Assembly: GCA_029858565.1 (NCBI GenBank)
Contig: JAOUEV010000004.1
Span: forward strand, 32,001-96,000
Source of the DNA: Nitrospirota bacterium
GTDB taxonomy: Bacteria; Nitrospirota; UBA9217
Length of the DNA: 64,000 nt
Reading direction: 5' to 3'
Both the position numbers and the translations under genes were made by a program. A model generated the notes under the pieces. The model saw only the letters and a list, made by a program, of their open reading frames with translations, did not search any database and was not told the origin of the DNA. Below are positions 28,185-37,757 of the stretch, one piece after another. Each line of letters opens with the position of its first letter. The stretch's first letter is position 1.

Positions 28185-28463
28185 ATGAAAAAGCTTTCAG
28201 TTGTCATCGTCGTTGTGTTGTCTCTGTGTCTCGTTGCATCGATCGCTTTTGCTGGTGATACCAAGAAGGGCGTTGTGAAGAGCATTGATGAGAAGGCCGG
28301 AACCGTGGTCCTGACCATTGATGGCAAGGACGAGACGCTTAAGGCTGACAAGGCTGTTGACCTGAAGTCCGTCAAGGCCGGTTCAAAGGTGAAGGCTGTG
28401 GTCGAGGGTGACTCTGTGAAGTCCATCGCCATTGACAAGCCCAAGGCCGCTGTGGGCTGCTAA
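28185..28463 (+). CDS. Small secreted beta-rich protein ending in Gly-Cys (ExtJ-like)
   Basis: AGGAGG SD; signal peptide ending AFA; KGVVKSID...VKAGSKV OB-like pattern; C-terminus KPKAAVGC; own terminator. Confidence 0.8.
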   Translation: MKKLSVVIVVVLSLCLVASIAFAGDTKKGVVKSIDEKAGTVVLTIDGKDETLKADKAVDLKSVKAGSKVKAVVEGDSVKSIAIDKPKAAVGC

Positions 28464-28480
28464 TAGTTTGTAGGTTTCTG

Positions 28481-28515
28481 CGGGCCGTCTCCTCGGAGAC
28501 GGCCCGTTCTGTTTC
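28481..28515 (+). terminator. Rho-independent terminator
   Basis: CGGGCCGTCTC-ctcg-GAGACGGCCCG followed by TTCTGTTT. Confidence 0.8.
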
Positions 28516-28600
28516 TATCGTCATTATTCGATGTTCCTTGACGTCTCATGTTCTCTCCGCTTTCCCTTCAGTCCTTTTGGAACAATAGCATTCACGACCA

Positions 28601-31312
28601 TCAGTAATCATAGCCTGCCGAGAAGTAGGCTTGATACCTTCGGTCCTCGCCCGCGCCGAAGTCCAGCCGGACCGGTCCGATGATGGTGTCTGCATGCAGT
28701 CCCGCAGAGCCTCCGGTCAGCACGTCGCGTGAGGAGATCGATTCCCTGCTGTCCCAGATATTACCGCCATTTCCCTGCAGGACCAGGTAGACCGCTTTGA
28801 TCGCCTTGAGCTGATAATCAATGAAGCGCCACCGATATGCGAATGAAAGAGCGATAACGTTCGCACCGATGAACTCGCGGCGCTGATATCCCAACAAGGG
28901 AATACTGATCAGGCTGTCCGCACCGCCCAGGCCGTATAGGTCCTGATAGAGAAGGGTTCCGCTGCCAAAGCCTGCCTGGCAATCCATGACAGCAATATGA
29001 CGTTCTGCAATGGGGATAACCGACTGGACGGAGAGCGAGGTCTTCCTGAAATTGCTATCGCCGCCATATGAATCCGCCGCTGTCTCATAGGATCCCTTGA
29101 ACAGGAATCCGGAGCGGGGAAAAAGACTGCTGTCGCGCGTATCGATCGTGGTCAGGAACGCCAGGCTCCCGGTCCGGACCGGATTGTCCTGCGCGGGGAA
29201 TCCGTAGATCCCGACAAGACGCTCAGAAGAGAGTCGATAGCGAAGGTAGGTATCGCCGAAGCGGAACCACTGGTAGCCAAATGAAAAATCAGCACCCGAC
29301 CTGCTCACATCCGCTGCTCCGGTCCTTTCCTGGTCCTGGTACAGATAATACGTACGGTTATGGTAAAAACCCTCGAGGCGATGTATGAATGATGTGTTGA
29401 TCAGGACCGGGGAAGTATAGCCCATGGTCACATCCGTGGCGTTGCCGTATCTCGTAAGGATCGAGAACTGGATGCCCTTGCCGAGCAGATTGTCCACTAC
29501 GATATCGGTCAGGCCGGTGAACACGTCGTCGGTATCGTACCGCAGACCCAGCCGGACCGTACCCCGTGGTTTTTCCCGCACTTTAAGCGTCAGATCAATC
29601 CCGCCGTTGCGGTTTTCCTGGACATCGACATTCAGGGTCTCAAAGTAGTTCAGCCCGTAGAGCTTCCGGATGTCCTCGCTCAGGACTAATAAATTGAGCG
29701 GAACGCCTGGCTCGGTCTTCATCTCCCTGTCCATAAGCGAGGTGGTGGTCCGACGATGGCCGCTTAGTCTGAGCGAGTCAAGACGTCCTTCGTTGACGAC
29801 AAGGGAAAGTGTCCTGCCGTCAGGCAGCATGCCGGCATGCTCGATATGGACAAGCAGGAAGCCCTTGTCCCGGTAACGTTTTACCACGCTTTCCAGGGCA
29901 CTGATCACCCTGGTAGAGGAAAGCGGTGTTCCTAGCTGACCGTCGAGCTCATCCATGATCTCTCCTGCGGGGATCATGGCGGTCCCGGCGATGGCAATTG
30001 CATCGACCACCGGATTCTCGACAATGGTCAGTATGGCCTCGTAGACATTCCCGCGGGGGACGAGTTGCAGGGACAGGTCGGAAAAAACGCCAATGCGGTA
30101 CAGGTCAGCCAGCGCATGATCAATATCCACGCTGGTCCACTCCCGATGAACCTGCAGAGGGAAAGCGGCAAGGATCGCGGCCGCGTCCATGTGTTTATTT
30201 CCCTGGACGGACAATCCTGCAATCGGATAGGGGCCGCCAGTCGATCTGCCGCCATTCTTTGCTGCCAGAATCTCTTTGATCATGGGAAGGGGGGCGCGAG
30301 CGGCTTCTTCACCACGCCGCATGATCGCATCCATCCGGTCGAAATCGGTGAACGAAAAGCCTTCAGTGACCGGGGATATCAGAATATCGGCAAGCTTCGC
30401 CTGGCGCTCCGTCTCTTTTCTGACGGGGATCGAAATCGACTGGCCCATGACCTCTACGAGCGAAGTCAGGCGTTCTCTCCGCTCAAGCGGCGATGATGCG
30501 TCAACGGCGATCACGATATCTGCTCCCAGTGACCGGACAACGTCCACGGGAAGATTATTCACCAGGCCTCCGTCCACCATGAGCTTTCCATGAATCTCTA
30601 CCGGGGGGAACAGGCCGGGAATCGCGGAGCTGGCGCGGATCGCGTCATGGAGCAGGCCTTTTCCTATCGCTCTGGCGTCGCCGGTCTCAAGGTCCGCGGC
30701 CACTGCGCGAAAGGGGATGGAGAGACGGTCAAAATCCAAACCTGCCTGCAGTGATGGGGCCAGGGTATGTGTCATGAGCAGGTCCGTCAGCTTCTGGCCT
30801 GCGGTCAGTCCCGGAGGAGCGACGAAGCGTCCGCCGATAAAGCTGAACTGGAGCAAATGACGGCTGCCGGCATCCTTCCGGTCCTGGGTCAGAAACACGC
30901 GCGGCGGCGTATCCGTGAAAAGATCGTTCCAGTCGTTCTCGGTAAAGATCCTTTCGATCTCAACGGGAGAATACCCCGCCGCGGCGAAGCCGCCGATGAT
31001 GGCTCCCATGCTCGTTCCGGCTATGGCGTCCACAGCGATCCCCTCGCTCCTGAGCAGATTCAGTACGCCCAGCGAAGCTGCCGCCTTGGCGCCGCCGCCT
31101 GCCAGCGCCAGGCCGATCCGCGGCCTGCCTTTGAGATCAGGAGAAACCACGGTCCTGATGCCGCCGTATTTTAATTGATAGGAAGGAACGAATATCTTGG
31201 TGTCCCTGGTCCGGTCTGTAGGGGAGTTCGCGGGAACTGCGGCAGGGGCCGGAAGAGCTGCAAACACGATCAACGTGTGAACCAGCGCCGGCAAGAATCT
31301 GAGGCGGAACAT
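28601..31312 (-). CDS. Patatin-like phospholipase fused to POTRA domains and a BamA/TamA-type barrel (type Vd secretion, PlpD-like)
   Basis: Signal peptide; LAGGGAK, GTSMG and DGG patatin motifs; POTRA repeats; barrel C-terminus IGPVRLDFG...YFSAGYDY. Confidence 0.9.
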   Translation of the reverse strand: MFRLRFLPALVHTLIVFAALPAPAAVPANSPTDRTRDTKIFVPSYQLKYGGIRTVVSPDLKGRPRIGLALAGGGAKAAASLGVLNLLRSEGIAVDAIAGTSMGAIIGGFAAAGYSPVEIERIFTENDWNDLFTDTPPRVFLTQDRKDAGSRHLLQFSFIGGRFVAPPGLTAGQKLTDLLMTHTLAPSLQAGLDFDRLSIPFRAVAADLETGDARAIGKGLLHDAIRASSAIPGLFPPVEIHGKLMVDGGLVNNLPVDVVRSLGADIVIAVDASSPLERRERLTSLVEVMGQSISIPVRKETERQAKLADILISPVTEGFSFTDFDRMDAIMRRGEEAARAPLPMIKEILAAKNGGRSTGGPYPIAGLSVQGNKHMDAAAILAAFPLQVHREWTSVDIDHALADLYRIGVFSDLSLQLVPRGNVYEAILTIVENPVVDAIAIAGTAMIPAGEIMDELDGQLGTPLSSTRVISALESVVKRYRDKGFLLVHIEHAGMLPDGRTLSLVVNEGRLDSLRLSGHRRTTTSLMDREMKTEPGVPLNLLVLSEDIRKLYGLNYFETLNVDVQENRNGGIDLTLKVREKPRGTVRLGLRYDTDDVFTGLTDIVVDNLLGKGIQFSILTRYGNATDVTMGYTSPVLINTSFIHRLEGFYHNRTYYLYQDQERTGAADVSRSGADFSFGYQWFRFGDTYLRYRLSSERLVGIYGFPAQDNPVRTGSLAFLTTIDTRDSSLFPRSGFLFKGSYETAADSYGGDSNFRKTSLSVQSVIPIAERHIAVMDCQAGFGSGTLLYQDLYGLGGADSLISIPLLGYQRREFIGANVIALSFAYRWRFIDYQLKAIKAVYLVLQGNGGNIWDSRESISSRDVLTGGSAGLHADTIIGPVRLDFGAGEDRRYQAYFSAGYDY

Positions 31313-31406
31313 GTTCTACTATACCACAGGCCCGGACCGGTATCTATGTGGTTGAAGCACTGCAGGATGGGGGCGCAGGTCGGTTGAAAAGATCGTATGA
31401 TGTATG

Positions 31407-31436
31407 AAAAAGGGCTCCGGAGATGATCCGGAGCCC
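31407..31436 (-). terminator. Rho-independent terminator
   Basis: GGGCTCCGGA-N5-TCCGGAGCCC with an A-run on the plus strand (U-tract on the minus strand). Confidence 0.75.
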
Positions 31437-31467
31437 GTACTGTTCCTGCTGCTGGAACGAAGCTGTC

Positions 31468-31719
31468 TTACTTGTCCTTTACTTCGATCTCCGCGGCGCG
31501 GGACTCGTACTTCACCGTGACCTTGGCGCCGACCTTCACGTCGCCTTTGATCTTGGTGTTGGCGTCCTTTGCCATTTCGAACTTCTCGCCGTTCTTGTCT
31601 ACCACGATCACGTTGTCCTTTACTTCCAGGACCTTGCCGGTGAACTGATAGGTCTTGCCGGCGAATGCAACCGATGCTACCAGGAACAAGGCAACTGCAA
31701 CCACTGCTGCGCGTTTCAT
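31468..31719 (-). CDS. Small secreted OB-fold-like protein
   Basis: AGGAGG SD; signal peptide ending AFA; YQFTGKVLEV...GDVKVGAKVTVKY. Confidence 0.8.
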   Translation of the reverse strand: MKRAAVVAVALFLVASVAFAGKTYQFTGKVLEVKDNVIVVDKNGEKFEMAKDANTKIKGDVKVGAKVTVKYESRAAEIEVKDK

Positions 31720-31805
31720 AAGATACCTCCTTGCGGGGATGAAATGATAAGAAATATATCGCATGGCACTATGCATGTCAAGGGCAGCGCCCCCGTTCTA
31801 TACCG

Positions 31806-33269
31806 TCAACGCTTGCGTCCGCCTCCCAGGATGGATCCCAATACACCCCGGATGATTTGGCGGCCGATCTGGCTGCCGATGGCACGTGCGGCGCTCTTTG
31901 CCATGGCCCCGAGGATGTCGGCGGTCTCGGATTTTGGCTCGCGGCCTTTCCGCGGAGCATCGGCAGCACCGGCGGGCTGTTCCGCTCCGGCGCGTTCCTT
32001 CAGCTTTTCATAGGCCGACTCGCGGTCCACGTTCTTTTCGTAGTGTCCGAACAGGACCGACCCTTTGATGATTGCGGTCCGCTCGTCCGGGCTCAAGGGG
32101 GTCAGGCGGCTGCGGGGCGGGCAGATAAGCGCCCTCTCGACCGGCGTGGGGGATCCTTTTTCGTCCAGCACCGATACCAGCGCTTCGCCCACGCCGAGCT
32201 CCATGATCGCCGTTGCCGTGTCCAGGCCGGGCGAGGCGCGGAAGGTAGACGCCGCTGCTTTGACCGCTTTCTGGTCCCTGGGCGTGAAGGCGCGGAGCGC
32301 ATGCTGTACGCGGTTTCCGAGTTGGCCCAGGACCGTTTCCGGGATATCAAGGGGATTTTGGGTCACGAAATAGACGCCCACTCCCTTTGAACGGATCAGC
32401 CGCACGACCTGCTCGATCTTGTCCTGCAGCGCCCGGGGAGCGTCGGTGAAGAGCAGGTGGGCTTCGTCAAAAAAGAACACCAGCTTGGGCTTGTCCAGGT
32501 CGCCTGCTTCTGGAAGTGTCTCGAACAGCTCCGCCAGCATCCAGAGCAGGAAGGTCGCGTAGAGCGCCGGAGATTGCATTAGCTTGTCCGCGGCGAGAAC
32601 GTTCACGATGCCTTTTCCCGAACTGTCGTTCTGGATCAGGTCGCTCAGGTCCAGGGCCGGCTCCCCGAAGAACGCCGCGCCGCCCTGTTCCTCAAGGCCC
32701 AGCAGTCCCCGCTGGATCGCGCCGATGCTTGCAGCGGATATGTTGCCGTATTCAGTCTTGAAGGCAGCGGCATTCTCTCCCACGTACTGGGTCATGGCGC
32801 GGAGGTCCTTGAGGTCCAGGAGCAGGAGACCGCTGTCGTCGGCGATCTTGAAGATAATCGTCAGCACGCCGCTTTGGACGTCATTGAGGTTCAGGATGCG
32901 GGCAAGGAGCAGGGGGCCCATTTCCGAGATCGTCGTGCGCACAGGATGGCCCTGGCTGCCATAAACGTCCCAGAAGACCGTGGGCATCCCGCTGGGCGCG
33001 AAATCCTTGAGTTCCAGCTGCTTCGCCCGTTCCGCCGGCTCCGGCCTGTCGCCGCCCGGCAGTGCGATGCCGGAAAGGTCGCCTTTCACATCTGCCAGGA
33101 ACACCGGCACGCCGATGGCGCTGAACTGTTCCGCCATGACGCGAAGGGTGACGGTCTTTCCCGTACCCGTGGCGCCGGCTATCAGGCCATGCCGATTCGC
33201 CATCTTCGGCAGAATGCCGATCGGCTCTTTGCGTATGGCGATCATCAGGGGTTCGTTCTTCAGTGCCAT
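31806..33269 (-). CDS. DUF853 / YjgR-family HerA-like ATPase
   Basis: [71 protein letters not shown]. Confidence 0.93.
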   Translation of the reverse strand: MALKNEPLMIAIRKEPIGILPKMANRHGLIAGATGTGKTVTLRVMAEQFSAIGVPVFLADVKGDLSGIALPGGDRPEPAERAKQLELKDFAPSGMPTVFWDVYGSQGHPVRTTISEMGPLLLARILNLNDVQSGVLTIIFKIADDSGLLLLDLKDLRAMTQYVGENAAAFKTEYGNISAASIGAIQRGLLGLEEQGGAAFFGEPALDLSDLIQNDSSGKGIVNVLAADKLMQSPALYATFLLWMLAELFETLPEAGDLDKPKLVFFFDEAHLLFTDAPRALQDKIEQVVRLIRSKGVGVYFVTQNPLDIPETVLGQLGNRVQHALRAFTPRDQKAVKAAASTFRASPGLDTATAIMELGVGEALVSVLDEKGSPTPVERALICPPRSRLTPLSPDERTAIIKGSVLFGHYEKNVDRESAYEKLKERAGAEQPAGAADAPRKGREPKSETADILGAMAKSAARAIGSQIGRQIIRGVLGSILGGGRKR

Positions 33270-33386
33270 GTGCAGCTCCTTAATCCAGGACGTTATTCAG
33301 CAGGGATGCATAATTCCACAGCGTACGATCTATTTCAAGGGCATTCTCCGATGCTTTCAACAACGCCGAAAAAAGGGCGGACCGCT

Positions 33387-33941
33387 TCAGTGGCTGCCCG
33401 GTGATCCGGGAACATCAGGGAAAGCCTCTTTCAACTCCAGCAGCGGAGCAAGTCTGATATAGACGGTGATCACGCCGTGTAACAGTGAGTATTGAATCTG
33501 CACAGCTTCTTCGGTCCCGAGCTCATAGTAAGCATAAAGAGGAAGCATTTCATATCCAGCTGTCTCTCCGGCCGGCCCCAGGATCCGGCGGATACGGGTG
33601 CTGTTCACGGTCCGCATGCCGCAGCGCAGGAACCGGTCAGCCTGCTCAACAGCGCGGTCAAAAGTCTGGGGAACCGTTATCCTGTAGGAACTTTCCGGTG
33701 CATACAGATTGAAACGAAACGGTGCTTGTTCGCTGACGATGAGAGCCATATTTTCCAGGTCATCTGCATGATGGCATCCGTAGAGATAGAGGCGATACCT
33801 GCCTTCCGGAACCGCTATCCCCGTTGTCGAGGTGCTGAGACGTGTTCCTGCAGCGCAACCGGTGATCCCCGCCATGATCAACAGGATAGGCACGATGATG
33901 CCGGGAAGAAAACGCCTTGATGCCGCAGCGTGGTCCATCAT
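33387..33941 (-). CDS. Hypothetical lipoprotein
   Basis: AGGAGG SD; hydrophobic stretch then ITGC lipobox. Confidence 0.65.
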   Translation of the reverse strand: MMDHAAASRRFLPGIIVPILLIMAGITGCAAGTRLSTSTTGIAVPEGRYRLYLYGCHHADDLENMALIVSEQAPFRFNLYAPESSYRITVPQTFDRAVEQADRFLRCGMRTVNSTRIRRILGPAGETAGYEMLPLYAYYELGTEEAVQIQYSLLHGVITVYIRLAPLLELKEAFPDVPGSPGSH

Positions 33942-33994
33942 ATGCCTCCTTGCGCCGGCTGTCGGCCGGCAAGAGAACGAGTTTGCGATGACGC

Positions 33995-34023
33995 TTGACA
34001 AGGGGACGAGCGTTGCTTATCCT
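33995..34023 (+). promoter_or_regulatory. Putative sigma-70 promoter
   Basis: TTGACA-N17-TATCCT upstream of the 34099 ORF. Confidence 0.55.
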
Positions 34024-34098
34024 CTTACCAGAGGTGCTTCTGCCATTTCGCGATCCAGACCAGGGCAGAACTTGGCCGCATAATCCCCAGACAATGGA

Positions 34099-35490
34099 AT
34101 GCCTGTGACTTTGTCCCCAAGAATAGCCGCGCCGATCATCATAAACCGTGCCGCCGTGGTACTGGTCGTATTGTTGTGTCTTGGTGTCCGCTCATCGCAC
34201 GGTGAAGTTCCTGAATTGTTACCGAAACCATTGGCTGCGGAGCCGGTCGCACAACCGCAGGAAGCACCTTTGCAGCCGGTTCTCCCGTTAGGTCCTGACG
34301 ATAATCCCGATGTCCAACCTCAGGTGACCGTGCCTGCTGTGACAACGTCTTCCGGATCGCTCGAACCGACAACTGAGCAGTCTGCGGAGGAGCAGGAACC
34401 ATCCCTCTCACCGGGACATTCGCTCTCCGCGGTTTGGAGCGCGGTCACATCGACCGGCGGTCAAAGGCAAGACAGCGTGATCCCGCTGCGTCCCGAAGAG
34501 GAAGCACCTGGGGAGCTCCTTCCCGGCGGTCAGAGCCTGCTGCCCGGAGAGGGCTCTACGCTGCCCGCGACCATTCTGCCGGAAATGACGCCATTGCAGC
34601 GGCCCGGCGAGGAAACGGACTTCATGGATATTCTGCATGAGAGGATCTCCTATGGATTCCTGTCAACAGCCACCTGGCTGGACTCTTTTTTCGGAGATGA
34701 ACGCTACGATGTAGAGGATAACCGGTCTCGATTCAAGTTCCGGTACATCGCGTTCCGCGAGGACGAGAGAAGAACGGAGTACCGGCCGGAGATCGATTTT
34801 CGTCTTGCGCTGCCCCAGCTGAAGAAGAAGACCTATCTCATGATCACCGGGGATCCCAACGAGGACATCGTAATGTCATCATCGCCTGCGGTGGCGCAGG
34901 GGAGTCCGATCGCAAAGCCCGAGGACCGAAATATGACAGCAGCTCTCCAGTACTTTTTCCGGTCGACAGAACGGCGAAGCTACAGCGTCATGAGCGGGGC
35001 CAAATTTCATAATGGCAGGCCGATCCTGTTCCTTGGTCCGCGGGCGAGATATCTCCGGCATCTGGCTTCCTGGGACCTCCGCTTCACGGAAGAGGTCCTC
35101 TGGTACAACGACAGAGGATGGCAGTCGCGCACCCGGTTGGACCTCGAACGCCCGTTTGGCGGACTCTTCTTTCGTACGAGCTGGCAGGGGGTCTGGAACG
35201 AGGACAAGTACGGATATCCGCACAGTCTGGCCTTCTCCCTCTTGCAGCCATTGGACAGAAACCGCGCTGTATCGTACGAATGGGTGAACAGTTTTCAGAC
35301 ATGGCCGACAAAGGAACTGGACGAGGTTCTCTTCGTTTTCCGGTATCGACAGCGGATCTGGCGGGACTGGCTCTATCTGGAGATCGCGCCGCAGGAACGG
35401 TATCCCCGTGACAGGAGCTTCCATGAGACGCCGGGGATCATGTTCAAACTGGAGATGATCGTCGGCGATTACCGGTCCTTTATTTTCTAG
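34099..35490 (+). CDS. Putative outer-membrane beta-barrel protein with a Pro/Glu-rich disordered N-terminus
   Basis: Signal-like stretch; low-complexity linker; WLDSFFGD motif; alternating aromatic strands; YRQRIWRDWLYLEIAP; terminal Phe. Confidence 0.7.
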   Translation: MPVTLSPRIAAPIIINRAAVVLVVLLCLGVRSSHGEVPELLPKPLAAEPVAQPQEAPLQPVLPLGPDDNPDVQPQVTVPAVTTSSGSLEPTTEQSAEEQEPSLSPGHSLSAVWSAVTSTGGQRQDSVIPLRPEEEAPGELLPGGQSLLPGEGSTLPATILPEMTPLQRPGEETDFMDILHERISYGFLSTATWLDSFFGDERYDVEDNRSRFKFRYIAFREDERRTEYRPEIDFRLALPQLKKKTYLMITGDPNEDIVMSSSPAVAQGSPIAKPEDRNMTAALQYFFRSTERRSYSVMSGAKFHNGRPILFLGPRARYLRHLASWDLRFTEEVLWYNDRGWQSRTRLDLERPFGGLFFRTSWQGVWNEDKYGYPHSLAFSLLQPLDRNRAVSYEWVNSFQTWPTKELDEVLFVFRYRQRIWRDWLYLEIAPQERYPRDRSFHETPGIMFKLEMIVGDYRSFIF

Positions 35491-35505
35491 CCATCCTGAC
35501 CGCGA

Positions 35506-36786
35506 TCAAAGGGTGATGACGCGGTCGCGGCCCTGCTGCTTTGCCTGGTACAGGGCGTCGTCGGCGCGGATCAGCAGGGAGTTCATCTTGCCGTCGTGTT
35601 CTCCCAGGGAGGTGACTCCCGCGCTGATGGTCATCTTGACCTTGTGCGCATGGTTCGCGATTGTTCGTCCCTTGATACGGTCCCGGATGCGCTCGGCAAG
35701 GGCTGCTGCGTCGTCAAGCGAGGATCCGGGCGACGCTATGAGGAACTCCTCTCCGCCGATCCTTCCCAACAGGTCATAGGCCCGAAGGCTCTTCTCCATT
35801 TCCTGCGCAACTGCTTTCAGCACTTGGTCGCCGAACACGTGGCCGTAGTTGTCGTTCACCCGCTTGAAATGGTCGATATCGAGGATCATCACCGACAGGG
35901 GAGTGCCCGCCCGCACCGCGCGCTGGTATTCCTTTTCCAGCTGTTCCATGATGAAACGCCGGTTCCTGAGACCGGTCAGCTCATCGGTGACCGCGAGCAG
36001 CTTGAGGCGTCGCTGCACTTCATCGAGTTTCACGAAGAGCTTCCAGGTCAGAAAGTACAGGATCGCCAGGAGCAGGCCGACGGCTATCAGAAAATCCATG
36101 ACCTTTTGCGTTGCGTTCCTGCGCATCTGCTGCAGCAGGTCTGACGCGGGGATCATGATGCTCACGGCGCCGCGGATGTCGCCTTCTTTGTAGCCCTGCT
36201 TCGCATGGCATTGCAGACAGGGCTTTTCCACCTTCAGGGGATGGATGAACCGGAAGAGCGGGTCCGGCCTGTCACGGTCGATCGCCCAATGGCTAGACGA
36301 GCCTCGTTCGAATTGGAGCAGAGCGTCGTATTCAAAAGCATCGGGTTTATTGTCCGGATTCAGCGGTTTCATGCTGATCATGTGGAACCGGACCAGGTCT
36401 CCACTCGAAGTGATCTCAGATATCTCCCGCGTCATGATCGCAGGATTCTTGAGCGTCAGGACCCGTCCGTCGGACGTGCGGATGTCAGGTTCGTTCCCTG
36501 CGTCCCGGAGATGGGGGGTGGGCCGGTCGACCGGTTTTTTTACCACGTATACGCCGCCATAGGCCGCGTTCCAGTGGCGGGCGATGATAATGAGATTGGC
36601 AAAGGATTCGGCCTCGTGGCGCATGGTCTGGACAAGCAGGTGGTTGACGGTACGGTAGCGGTTGAAGGAGATGAACGCGAGGACGAGGATCACAGCAAAA
36701 CTGATGCTGATAAAGAATACCCGGGCATCCTTGTAGGATCGGAACAGCTTAGGCCATGTTGATAAAGGCATAGGTCTTCCGGTCAT
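35506..36786 (-). CDS. Diguanylate cyclase with periplasmic DUF3365/Tll0287-like c-heme sensor domain
   Basis: TM; WNAAYGGVYV, LKNPAIMTREIS, CLQCH; TM; DELTGLRNRR, DIDHFKRVND.YGH, RAYD I-site, GGEEF. Confidence 0.93.
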   Translation of the reverse strand: MTGRPMPLSTWPKLFRSYKDARVFFISISFAVILVLAFISFNRYRTVNHLLVQTMRHEAESFANLIIIARHWNAAYGGVYVVKKPVDRPTPHLRDAGNEPDIRTSDGRVLTLKNPAIMTREISEITSSGDLVRFHMISMKPLNPDNKPDAFEYDALLQFERGSSSHWAIDRDRPDPLFRFIHPLKVEKPCLQCHAKQGYKEGDIRGAVSIMIPASDLLQQMRRNATQKVMDFLIAVGLLLAILYFLTWKLFVKLDEVQRRLKLLAVTDELTGLRNRRFIMEQLEKEYQRAVRAGTPLSVMILDIDHFKRVNDNYGHVFGDQVLKAVAQEMEKSLRAYDLLGRIGGEEFLIASPGSSLDDAAALAERIRDRIKGRTIANHAHKVKMTISAGVTSLGEHDGKMNSLLIRADDALYQAKQQGRDRVITL

Positions 36787-36883
36787 CGCCTCCGGTCATA
36801 AGTGAGATCGGCCGGGGAGGGCTCAGGGGCTGTTCAGCACAACGGATAAAGCGCCTGCCCGCCTTCATATCAATTGTAGCACA

Positions 36884-37516
36884 TTATTCTTTGGTGTCGG
36901 AGCGGCCGGCAAGAAGGCGGACGCCGGCGAGAAAGTGGTCGCGGTCACCTTCGTCGTGCAGGGCAAGGACCTCCCGCCGCAGGTCGAGGAAACGGGAGTG
37001 CCCCTGGCGTCGGGTTTCATCGATGCTGGACCAATCCCGCTTTTCCCGGAAGAGCGCAGCGGCATCCCGTATTCCCGAGAAGAGCAGCCTTCGGTATCCT
37101 TCCTGGAGGCCGGTGTAGAGGGCCAGTGCGCCGGCGTCCCTTGAATTGACGATGTAGGTCAGGGGGCCGCTGTCCGATGTATCGGCAATGAGGTCCTGAA
37201 CTGCGCGCAGGAAGTGTTCCGCGCCCCGGTCGTCAACTTTGGCAATGATATCCTTCCAGGTCAGCATGGACTCGCGCGATTCAGCCAGTTCATGCCTCAG
37301 CGTCTGAGTTTTCAACTCGGGCCAGCGCGCCTCCTTGGCGGAGATCCAGAGACTGATATCGCCGCGGCGTACCGGCGACCAGGGATCAAGACCCTGCTCG
37401 GCACGATAGAGGTCACGGTATCGCATCAGCAGCCCGCAGATGGAGAAATATCCCCAAAAATGAGCGTCGGAAATATCGCAGTTGTTCTTTACATCCTGAA
37501 GAAAGGTGACTTCCAT
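36884..37516 (-). CDS. Sfum_1244-family protein, apparently with an internal in-frame deletion
   Basis: NCDISDA..WG.FSICGLLMRYRDLY N-terminus and HELAE...RAVQDLIADT C-terminal motifs; only 210 aa. Confidence 0.65.
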   Translation of the reverse strand: MEVTFLQDVKNNCDISDAHFWGYFSICGLLMRYRDLYRAEQGLDPWSPVRRGDISLWISAKEARWPELKTQTLRHELAESRESMLTWKDIIAKVDDRGAEHFLRAVQDLIADTSDSGPLTYIVNSRDAGALALYTGLQEGYRRLLFSGIRDAAALFREKRDWSSIDETRRQGHSRFLDLRREVLALHDEGDRDHFLAGVRLLAGRSDTKE

Positions 37517-37697
37517 TGATTTGGGTCGGGGATGAGCTTGTATCAGGCAGTTGTATTATTCCCCAAGAATGAGAAAAAGTAAACTGGAATCACTGCAGAC
37601 CTGAATAGGTAGGCCTGAAGGATGGATCAGCGGGGCGTAGCCTGTGAATATGGAAGTTCTGAGGTTGAATGATCCGGGCCCGGATTAGGCAACTGGT

Positions 37698-37730
37698 AAA
37701 AAAAGAGGACAGCCAGTCGGCTGTCCTCTT
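37698..37730 (-). terminator. Rho-independent terminator of norCB
   Basis: AAGAGGACAGCC-agtc-GGCTGTCCTCTT with an A-run on the plus strand. Confidence 0.85.
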
Positions 37731-37757
37731 GGAGTTCATGCGCTGTTGCCGCACCGG

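Noticed and set aside
31763-31780. TGGCAC sigma-54-like element
   Set aside because: No TTGC at -12 and on the wrong strand for the neighbouring genes
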